A stretch of DNA of 64,000 nt from Malacoraja senta. Lineage: Eukaryota. This document shows positions 24,051 through 34,321 of this stretch, one piece after another (the stretch's first letter is position 1; each line of letters begins with the position of its first letter). The translations under genes were made by a program, and so were the position numbers. The stretch spans positions 62,001 through 126,000 of the forward strand of contig JAXLNO010002732.1 of NCBI GenBank assembly GCA_038087875.1. The letters run 5' to 3'. The notes under the pieces were generated by a model that saw nothing but the letters and a program-made list of their open reading frames with translations, did not search any database and was not told the origin of the DNA.

Positions 24051-24124
24051 ATAGAAGGGGTCCCAACAAATACAAGGGAATGATGTATTCCTAAGGAACT
24101 ATTTACTGGCAGTATCTCGTTCTC

Positions 24125-25330
24125 TTACAGAATTAAGAACCAAGGGGCTGCTGGCACAGAGTCCCCATCTCGACTTTCCAATCCATTCTGTGAAAGCGGG
24201 GGACTGGGATCTTGTAACATCATGGAAGGAAGAAAAGCTGCAACCTAAGTGGACTGGACCCTACCTGGTGTTACTAATCACCGAGACAGCAGTACGAACA
24301 AAAGAAAAAGGGTGGACACACGCAAGCCGATTTAAGGGTCCTGTGGAGGCCCCACCAAACAATATCAGCCCGTGGACTGTGCGCAAAGGAGAGGAACCAT
24401 TGACTTTAATATTTAACAAGAACCCGCGGGAAAAATGAAGATTTTGTGTTGGTGGGTCGTGTGTTGGGTGGTTACCCAACTATGTAAGCATACAGAGTGT
24501 TCAAATGCAGGAAAGTGGAAGGATGTGCAGATAGAACAGGGAGAATGAGCCTAAGGATTTGAAGATAATGATAGTAGCAGGAGAAACAGAATTAAGGCAA
24601 TTATATGAGGAGGGAATACCTACAGGAGGGAAGGGAGCCAACACCTGGCTTGCCTGGATGATGTACACGGCCAGGAGTATGCAACACACCAATTGCTACG
24701 CCTGTGCCGGAGCTAAGCCTCAGCTGGTTCCAGAACCATTTCCCTTGAATTGGGATAGGACACCTGGGGCTATGTCATGTATACTACAGCTATTCACGAA
24801 TCCCATCCTACCAAAGGATGCGACCTGCCAGAGTTATCATTACCTACTCCCGGCTAGCAACAACAATACAAAGGGCCGAAGGACAGACCCTTCGACACAC
24901 ACATATATATAGATGCGATAGGGGTGCCAAGAGGGGTACCCGATGAATTCAAAGCCAGAAACCAGATAGCTGCGGGCTTTGAGTCCATACTCTTCTGGTG
25001 GTCCACACTTAATAAAAATGTGGACTGGATCAACTACCTATACTACAATCAACAACGCTTTATAAATTACACTCAAGATGCGGTTGAAGGATTAGCGGAA
25101 CAACTGACAGATACCAGCCTAATGGCCTGGCAAAATCGCATGGCCTTAGACATGCTACTGGCTGAGAAGGGAGGGGTGTGTGTAATGTTTGGGGAACAAT
25201 GTTGCACCTTCATCCCCAACAACATTGCTCCTGATGGGTCAGTATCGAGAGCCCTAGCAGGTCTCACCTCCCTGTCTATCGAATGAGAGGAAGATAGAGA
25301 GAGGCGAAGATTCTGCTGCTAGCATTAGAG
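24125..25330 (+). pseudogene. env: ERV-A integrase C-terminus and internally deleted env
   Basis: WKEEKLQPKWTGPYLVLL; env ATG at 24435; SU CYAC motif; TM WQNRMALDMLLAEKGGVCVMFGEQCC (ISD plus CX6CC); four deletions relative to the 50062-51999 copy. Confidence 0.9.
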
Positions 25331-25384
25331 AAGGGGCAGATAGTCTAAATCAAAGATTGCAGTAGCAAAAGTAAAAGTGTGGAT

Positions 25385-25926
25385 TGTGAGAAAGGGGTTA
25401 ATAGGTATAAGTTGATTTAGACAAGAACCCTTTGTATAGTAGGGAGTATAGTAGGGAGGATAGGGGGAGTGAAGGACAAGTACAGATGGTGACTTTTTCA
25501 AGGATGAGAACAGAGAAGATAGCAACAGCCCAGCCAAGAACTAGGGTAAGGGTCATAAGAAACACTCAGTGCGCATGGGCAATGAACTTACATGAATATG
25601 TACACACACCCACTATGACAAGATGTCTCATTTAAATGCACATGCGATGCATGATATGGGAGGTGTCTTTGACGTCGGGTGGACGTTCCAGGACGTTCTC
25701 GTGGGAATGTGGGCTTTATGTTATGATTGGAAGAAGCACAATGGGGAGGGATGAGGGTGTGACAATGATACCCATTAAATGTATAAAGATAGAAGTCATC
25801 CCGATCCTCGGTGTGCCTCTAGGGGACATCAGAGGAGAGGCACCTATTCTGCAGAATATGATTTTGAATTAAAAGCTTCTTTGCTGACTTTGTCTCTAAA
25901 AGCGTTTGTGATTTTTGAATCTCACA
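25385..25926 (+). mobile_element. 3' LTR (542 bp)
   Basis: About 9 substitutions and 3 indels vs the 5' LTR, including a 12-bp duplication gtatagtaggga; TATAAA at 25782-25787; poly(A) signal changed to ATTAAA at 25868-25873. Confidence 0.95.
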
Positions 25927-26778
25927 ATGACCATGGCTGACGTTCCTCAGGCATCAACTCCTGTTTGGTGCCAGTTCCTCATTGCACTCAATTCTCCAAT
26001 CTTTCAAAAGTTTAACTACCGCCATATTAAATACTTCCAATGATTTTGTCTTCACAAATCTCTGGCGCTGGGAATGACCACACTCTGCAAAAAGAGATTT
26101 TGTAAACAAATGACTGGTCTCTTTTATCTCTTATTGAAGAGGAGTGAAAATACGGCCAATTTTAAGCTTGTCCCCTCCCCAATTGGCCCTCATTTTGTAA
26201 CTTGTCAATTATTTATTATTGTCAATAATATGCCCTAGTGAAAAGATTTGCCGTTGGTATTAGTTTATTATTGTCACGTGAACTGTGATATAGTCAAAAG
26301 TTTTTTCTGTGTGTTATCCAATCAGATCATACTACACATGTGCAATCAAGCCATCCACAAGTAGAACAGTGCAAAGAGAAAACTACTCAGAGTGCAGAAT
26401 ATCGGGTTACAATATCATAGCATTACAGTTACAGAGAAAGTGCAGATCAAAAAGAGTTGCAAGGATCACAATGAGATTGGTTGGAAGATCAGGACAACAT
26501 CTTATCTTACATGAGAATCATTCAGTAGTCCAATAACAGTGGGGAAGAAGCTGTTCCTGAATTTAATGGTGCATACTTTCAAACGTTCTTGTGTACTGTC
26601 TTAACAGGGAGCATACAATCCCTTTTAAACCACGTGTTTGGTTGATGGTGACGAAAGAGGCAAAATGGGGCAGATGTGGACAGTAACTTGGTTGTTGTAG
26701 TAGACTGAAGAATATTTTGTGGTGGGTGACTGTGCAAGTTTTACTGAAGATGAAAATAACCATCTTACTGCCTTGTAG

Positions 26779-27045
26779 TTTCCCCTGAGGTCACTCTCGC
26801 TGCCCGCCCTGATGATCATTCAGTCCTGTACTGCACTGTGTTTGGATTTTACCCACCAGCCATCAATGTCAGCTGGTTGCAGAATGGTCAACATGTCTCT
26901 GAGACGAAATCTTCTGGGGTCATACCCAACAACGATGGAACATATCATCTAAGGTCTGTCCTTGAGTATGATCCATATGATGGGAAACAGTATTCCTGTC
27001 ATGTCGATCACAGCAGCCTGCCCGGTGGGAAGATCATCATCTGGG
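26779..27045 (+). CDS. MHC class I heavy chain alpha3 (C1-set Ig) exon
   Basis: Acceptor ccttgtag and donor G|gtaaga, phase 1 at both ends. Translation: (V)SPEVTLAARPDDHSVLYCTVFGFYPPAINVSWLQNGQHVSETKSSGVIPNNDGTYHLRSVLEYDPYDGKQYSCHVDHSSLPGGKIIIW. It has the C1 hallmarks C..GFYP..I.V.W, PN.DGTY and YSC.V.H, plus the ET.S.G..PN.DGTY...E.DP pattern I recall from shark class I alpha3. No stops. Confidence 0.88.
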
Positions 27046-27120
27046 GTAAGAACGTTAAATATTCTTTCATAGATAATCATTATCTTCTGTTGTTTCCATT
27101 TTAATCATTGTGACTACATC

Positions 27121-28164
27121 TAGGTATGTTACAAAACTTACCTTCAGCGGCGCTGCAGTTCTGTCACTGCCCGTGTGCGTGACTTTGGCGCCTTTGAGAG
27201 GGGGCCGGGTTTAAAATGCAATATTTCGGCAGCCTGTTCTAAACGATCTTGAACAGGCTAAATAGTTGATGAAGAAAAATCGCTTTGACTGCCGTTTTAT
27301 TAAGTTTATTAATATTAGCGCTTTATAATTTAATTGGTGGAGTAAAATTAAAATCATCTTCAAATGCCGTAAACGCAGACAACGGGGACGGATTTCACGC
27401 ACGGGACAAGGCAAGGTACACCATTTATTTTTTCATATAAACTTGCTTCTTAGGATGCCTTTAATAAAAATTTCAAGTTGCGAAAATGTGATTATTTAAA
27501 TATACCAACCGGCAGTATTTTTCCTGCCGATATTGGGATTTAATTCAGTGCAACCGCAGCGTTCCAAACCAGCGCGTTCCACAAAATCCCACTCGCAAGA
27601 TGATTTAAATGGCCATTAATTTACAGGAATTAAACACTAAATTCCTTCCATTTGGCCTATAAATTAATGACAATGAGATTTAAAAATAATGTTATATTGT
27701 GAATTCTTGTGTGAATGTTATTTGGACACTTAGGCTTTTTAAAAATGTTAACTTTTTCTTAAGAAATGGACAGATATTTAGATCTAGTAATTGAATTTTG
27801 TAATTAGCTACAATTGGGTAACTAACTAATTATATGCTTTAATTTCAGGTCATCCAAGTAAGATTGTTTCATATTTGTTTCAGAATGCTTCAATCTATAA
27901 TAACTGAAAATGTCATTAAGTTCTCTTAATTTTTAAGAAAGTTATGGGCTTTTGACTGTCCTTGATCACAGCTTTTGTTTTAAGTCAATGGAAAAGCAAT
28001 AGGGAACAAGATGCTAATTTCCGAGTAAGAAAATGGCCAAACTTTTTTAACACAGAAGATATGAAAGTGGATTAGGTGTCAAATTAAACTTCTTTTTATG
28101 CTTTATCTGATGGGATAAATTGCAGACTTGATTTTTAAAATCTCAAAATTTTGTGACATTGCTA
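27121..28164. mobile_element. Non-autonomous DNA transposon with TAG...CTA termini and a 4-bp TSD
   Basis: Left end TAGGTATGTTACAAAA vs reverse-complemented right end TAGCAATGTCACAAAA; CATC directly flanks both ends (27117-27120 and 28165-28168); no transposase ORF. Confidence 0.75.
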
Positions 28165-30829
28165 CATCCCATGTAGTACATCCCACATTCCAAGATGCTT
28201 AAACTTTCTTTGTTTAGTGGTGTTGCTCTAAGTAATCACGTAATCAGCACCCACTCTCCACATGAGCAGAAGACTTTGTCAACAGAAAATATATTAAAAG
28301 TAAGTAAATAAATAACTAATATACAAGGAAGGAGTATTTGAGATCCTCAGTGGTGGAACTGATATCCATGAAAGGTATGTTTAAATATAAAATGAATCTT
28401 TCCTCATGATGTGATTAACAGCAAGGCACTGGGGGAGTACATGCCCCAATCTGAATCAATAGTCTGAAGTGGAAATGATTGAGAGCTTCGTGTTCCTTGG
28501 CATGAATATATCCAATATTCGGTCATGGACTGGCCACATAGCCAAGGAGGCACACCAACACCTCTACTTCCTCAGGAGACTGAGGATATTCATCATGTCT
28601 CTGGTGACTCCAGCAAACATCTATAGATGCCGCTAGAGAAAGCATGTTGTTGGGTTGCATCACATCTTGATTTGGGAACTGCACTGCCCAAGACTGCAAG
28701 AATATATAAAGAGTTAAAGATCATCACACAGCCCAGACTTCCCAGTATTGACCCAATCTACACCAGGTACCCTTGGAAAACGAGACTTATCCCACCTTTC
28801 TCACATTCCTCCTTCCTGCTCCCATCAGGCAATAGGTACTGAAAGTTGAAAATAAGCACTGCCAGACTCGGGAACACCCCCTTTCCACCTGTTAACAGGC
28901 TTCGGAAGGGTCCTTCCATAATGTAGGTTTAATGCCCGATTCACCTCAACCTCATTGAACATTGAACATTGTCCATGGAACTGATGTGTTACAATGCTGA
29001 GAACTATATTCTGTACTCTGTATCATCCTCTTTGCTCTATCTATTGTTTTTGAGTTTTTTATTTATCTATAGTATTATCTAATTTGTTTGGATAGCATAC
29101 AAAACAAACCTTTGCACTGTATCTTGAAACATCTGACATTAATAAAACTAAACCTAATGAAGTAAGTTCCCTGACGCAAGTTACAGATTCAGCAACAAAA
29201 AATATAACTGCCTGACAAACAGCGATCGTAGTAGTTTGATTCCAGGTACGCTGCACTAACCTACACAAATGTTCACTTTTGAAGATTCCCTCGAACAATG
29301 CACAAATAAGGAATCTGATGTTTCACTCTGAAGACTGTTGACATACTCCAGAACTTAATTTTCAACCTATCTATGTATCATCAGCAATCTAGGCTACAGC
29401 ACCACCAGGCCCTTCATCTGCTCTTAATACTAACGATAAGTAGTTCACTTTCTTGCATTGATTCCCAACCTGCAGTTGCAGTTTCCCAACCTGAACACTC
29501 CTTTAAGACTCTGCTTGCTCTTAATTGTTTTTCCATTCATGCTAATTATTACCCCCAATGTCATAAGCCATGTGCCTTTGCATCACTTGATCAGATATCT
29601 TATGAAAATCCAGATATTCTGGCGACATCTGGTGGTCAGGCCACTTATTGCTAGAACCCTCGTCAGGGGAGCTGGGACTATCACGTGACAGGGTTTTGGT
29701 GGGAGTTGGTGATGAGTTAATCGCCAGTCAACTGGTGTGCCCGATTACAACGGCAGGAACTTTGCTCAAGTCCTTACTAAACGCGAGTGTGCCAAAACTG
29801 TATTTCTTAAAAAAAAAACATTGATTTGTTCACGACACTTGGATCTCTACAATATATTGTATTTCTTTTGTTTCTCATTCCAATTTTGTTACCTATTCTG
29901 CTTTTCCATCATTTTGTTTTTGAATTTTAGGCTGTGCACACCTGCAAACTACTGCTGCTCAAATGTACATTGTCTACGGGTTCCTGTTGCATTTTCAAAG
30001 AATTCTAATCAATTTCTCAAACAAAGTTTGAAGAAGGGTCCGTAAACGAAATGTCACCTGTCCATGTGTAGGGAGAAACTGCAAATGCTGGTTTACACTG
30101 AAGATGGACTCAAATTGCTGGAATAACTCAGCTGGTCAGGCAGCATTTCTGGAGAAAAAGAATAGGTGATGTTTCGGGTCACGATCCTTCTGACTGAGTC
30201 CATGTTCGCCAGAGATGTTGCCTATTCCGCTGAGTTACTCCAGCATTTTGTGTCTATCATGTATATTCTTTCCACTGACTGGTTAGCATGAAACAAAAGC
30301 TTTTCACTGTACCTCAGTACTCGTGACAATAAACTAAACTAAAGCTTTTGTGTAAATCAGTATCTGCATCTCTTTCTTTCTACAATTTTCCTGTTAATGC
30401 ACTTTATTGTTTAGTTATTACTTAAATGTTCTGCCATTACTGAAAGGAATCCAGCATTTTTCCCAAAACAGATGTTAGATTATATAGGGTTAAAGCTTTC
30501 TGCTTTCAATTCACCTTCTTTCATGAATTAAGTTGTGGCTGTGATGGTGCCATAGATCATAGAGTTGTACAGAACAGATATTGTCCCTTTGCCATGTTGC
30601 AGAACTCCATGATTCAAAACAACATATTTATTATATATGTTGAAAAGTGCCAAAGATAGACACAAAATGCTGGAGTAACTCAGTGGTCAGGTAGCATCTC
30701 TGGAGAAAAGGAATAGGTGGCGTTTTGGGTCGAGACCCTTCTTCACCCTGAAGTCTTCAGACAGTGCCCATCTATTTAGCTGCACAGCTTAACAATTGAT
30801 TTGTAAAATTATGCATTCTTATTTTTCAG

Positions 30830-30937
30830 AAGGAAATAGAAAGAAAGACAGGCACATAGGCCTTATTGCCGTGTGTGTGCTGATATTGCTGGCTATTGTC
30901 TTGGCAGTAATTGTTTGGTGGAGAAAAAAGAGGAGAG
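30830..30937 (+). CDS. MHC class I connecting peptide/transmembrane exon
   Basis: Acceptor cattcttatttttcag and donor G|gtaaga, phase 1/1, in frame with alpha3: (E)GNRKKDRHIGLIAVCVLILLAIVLAVIVWWRKKRR, a hydrophobic helix followed by a basic stop-transfer. Confidence 0.88.
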
Positions 30938-31189
30938 GTAAGATGGAAAAATTGTGATGAACTGTTGCTAGTAAAGGTATTGGGCTTGAAGAAATGATCG
31001 ATCTCAAGTAGGATAAGGCAGCAGCTACACATGAAATACCTCGACAGTCACCACTGTCAACTAGCCTTTGTGCTGTTGTTAAATGTTTCTGATAATCAGA
31101 TATTTAAAAATTGTGAATTCAGTGTAAAAAAATGTTATACATTATGGATTCACTGCCCCAAATCCTAGAAATATCATTGAGTCATTGAA

Positions 31190-32290
31190 AAGTACAGCAT
31201 GGGGGCAGTCCTTTCGGCCCACCGAGTCCATGCCAACCACCTGTTCACCTGTTCTCATGAATTCTATCTCATTGCACCTTCTCATCCAGTCACCCACCCA
31301 CTAGGGGCAATTTACAGTGGCCAATTAAACTATAAACTGACACATCTTAGGATGTGTGAGGAAACCGGAGCCCCTGGAGGGATCCAATGCGGTTACACGG
31401 AGAACGTGCAAACTCCACATAGATGGCACTCAAGGTCAAAATTGAACCCGGGTCTGTGTCGCTGTGAGGTAGCAGCTCTACGAGTTGTGACACTGTGCTG
31501 CTCTGTTGGGGGCTCGCACTGTTCATGATCCAAGTCAGCTATGAGGCAGATTGGTTGCAGTTTAACATTTACTAGTTTTGTTTAGTTTAATTTAGAGATA
31601 CAGTGACGAAACGGGTCCTTAGGCCCACCGAGTCTGCGCTGACCAGCGATCCCCGCACATTAACACTATCCTATACACGCACACCAAGCCAATTAACCTA
31701 CATACCTGTACGTCTTTGGAGTGTGGGAGGAAACCTTAGATCTTGGAGAAAACACACGCAGTCATGGGGAGAACGTACAAACTTTGTACAGACAGCATCA
31801 GTAGTCGGGATCGAACCCGGGTCTCCGGTGCTGCAAGCACTGTAAGGCAGCAACTCTACCGCTGCACACAGTAGCTGCCACCAAGGCCGCTGTTGCTGGA
31901 AAACTCCAAATTAAGTGGGAATGTAAGTAGTGGGAGAAATGGTTCAAGGTGGAAAGCCGAATGAATGAGCAACAACATGACAGGTGGACTACAATGTGAA
32001 ACAGGACAGCACAGAGCCAGAGACCTGAATTAAATACCGACATCGGCTGTTGTATCTGTAGAGTTTGCATGTTGTTCCTGTGACCATGTGGGTTTCCCCA
32101 GGTGCTCTGGTTTCCTCCCACATCCCCAAAACATTGTTTGGTAGGTTAGTTGTCCCCTAGATTGTGCATGATACAATGTGGGGAGAGCTGATGAGAATGT
32201 GGGACAAATATAGGATTAGTATACATGAATGGTTGGTGCAGGTCAGTGGGACAAAGGCCATGTTTGTATGCTGCATATTTCCATGACTCT
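31190..32290. mobile_element. Cluster of three HE1/V-SINE-type SINEs (about 31190-31500 minus, 31580-31868 minus, 32010-32290 plus)
   Basis: Repeated V-core and tRNA-like heads. Confidence 0.75.
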
Positions 32291-32784
32291 TTATGATGTA
32301 GAAAGATGCTGACTATTTTTGATTTATAAGATTGGGAAAGACTGTGAGGGACAGTGCTAGAGTAACTCAGCAGGTCAGGCAACATCCCAGGAGACCATGG
32401 ATAGGTGACAATCTGGTTCGAGACTCTTCAGGCAAATTACAATGGGTATTCCTCCGCTTAAGTCTGATAGTAGTGTACAGATGCACCTCAACCACTGACT
32501 TGCTCAACAAGTGCTTAAATTAGTTGAATTAAAGTATGTTTGGAGTAACATGCAGCAGTCCTTAAAATCTACCATTTCCCAAATCCCAAGAGAGCTGGAT
32601 GATCAGGGTTTTAGTGTAAATTCAGTCATCTATATCACTGGTTTCTTGCCTGTGATCACACTGTTGTAAGATATATTCTGGTGATGAATTGCAGTTCACT
32701 TTCCTCCTGTGTAAAGGAGTTATTGTGTTGAATATAACAAGTGGAAGGGAAAGTCAGTGTAGGATTTAGAGTTTGTACGTAATG

Positions 32785-33075
32785 CAGCATGGTAGTGTAG
32801 CTGGTAGAACTGCTGCCTCACAACGCCAGAGACCCAGGTTCAATCTGGACCTCGGGTACTGTCTACGTGGAGTTTGCACATTCTCTTGTGACTATGTGGG
32901 CTTCCTCAGGGAGCTCCGGTTTCCTCCCATATCCCAAAGATGAGCAGGTGTGCAGGTAATCATCCTCGGTAAGACACCCTGATAGTGTAGGGGTGGATGG
33001 GAAATCTATTATGAATGGGTGATTGCTGGTTAGTATGGATTTGGTGGCACAAATGGCCTGTTTACACACTGTATC
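32785..33075 (+). mobile_element. HE1/V-SINE-type SINE
   Basis: gcatggtagtgtagctggtag...gacccaggttcaatc...gtggagtttgcacattctc. Confidence 0.75.
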
Positions 33076-33784
33076 ACTGTTTTCAAGAGAGAGTTAGATT
33101 TAGCTCTTAGGGCTAAGGGAGTCAAGGGATATGGGGAAAAAGCCAGATCGGAGTATTAATTTTGGATGATCAGCCATGTATGGCTCAAAGGGCCGAATAG
33201 CCTATTCCTGCACCTATTTTTTAATGTTTCTATCTTTCTATTAAATAAACTAAATTGGAAGACAGAAGGTATTGACTGATGCATCTTCACGCCAGCTGTA
33301 AATGTCATAAACTGTGAGAATTGATTGCAAATGTTATACAATATTATAAACTAAATTGGGTGATCAAAATGACAAGATGGATGAAGAGCAGAGTTTTCAT
33401 TGAAATAACAGACGTGCTGCTTTCTCGAGCACTTGGCCTTGGTTGTGTAATATTTCCTCTTCAAAATACAATGTTCCCTGGCATTGCTGGTCTGAGACAC
33501 CATTCAGCAAGTATATTTCCTGAAACGGAGGTTCTGCTTTCATGGTATCAAGATGTCTAACAGCTCAAGCACCCAGATCAGAACCTTGCCAAAACTAAGA
33601 ATGCAGCAACAATTTAGTCATTGAACATCAACGACATGCATATTTGAACTGAGGCAATGGTTAGCTTATTATCACTGTAAACCAGTCATGGTCATGGGTC
33701 TGCCATTGTGGTCACTATTAGTGAGGGTGATTAACTATCATTTAGCAGTGAAACGGAAAAGAATTGGCTTTTCAAGCCCACGGT

Positions 33785-34320
33785 GCCATAGTCATACGGC
33801 ATGGAAATGGGCCCTTTGCCTCAACTTGGCCATGCCAACCAAGATGCCATGTTTAAACTACAATTTTCCTGGAATTGACCCATATCTCACTGAACCTTTC
33901 CTATCTACAGTATGTACCTGTCCAAGTGTGTTCTAAATGTGTTTTAATACCTGCCTCAACTCCTTCCCCTGGAATGTTCTTCCATATTTCCACTTCCTCT
34001 GGTTCCGAGTAACTCGTTTCCTTCTCACCTTAAACCTAAGTCCTCTGGTTCTTGATTACACAAGGCTGGTTAAAAGATTCTGTGCATTCAATCTATCTAT
34101 GCTCCTTGATTTTATAAACTTCTATAAGATCACCCCTCAGCCTCTTGCGTGCCAAGGACTAAAGTCCAAGCATTCTCATCCTCTCCCTGAATCACAGGCC
34201 CTGTTAATGACATCCTTCCGATAGTGGAGTGACCAAAACTTAACACAATACTCCAAATGTGGCCTCACCAACATCTTGTACAACTGTAGCAGAACATCCC
34301 AACTTTTTTATTCAGTACCT
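33785..34320 (-). mobile_element. Degenerate CR1 3' fragment
   Basis: atactccaaatgtggcctcacc...cttctcaccttaaacc pattern shared with other CR1 copies. Confidence 0.65.
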
Positions 34321-34321
34321 T

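Larger units (their letters stand above)
19794..25926 (+). mobile_element. Non-autonomous ERV family A provirus with two LTRs
   Basis: TGTGAGA...TCTCACA LTRs at both ends; PBS-Pro; PPT-like gtagcaaaagtaaaagtgtggat before the 3' LTR; decayed gag, integrase and env pieces; internal CR1 fragment. Confidence 0.95.

Noticed and set aside
29680-29810. C/D snoRNA (GTGATGA) or CLEAR/E-box (TCACGTGAC) element in the alpha3-TM intron
   Set aside because: No D box (CTGA) or terminal stem at a suitable distance, and a single E-box is expected by chance.
26779-30937. MHC class II beta or W-category assignment
   Set aside because: The TM lacks the spaced-glycine dimerisation motif, and the C1 domain has PNNDGTY...EYDP rather than the class II beta NGDWTFQ-type motif.
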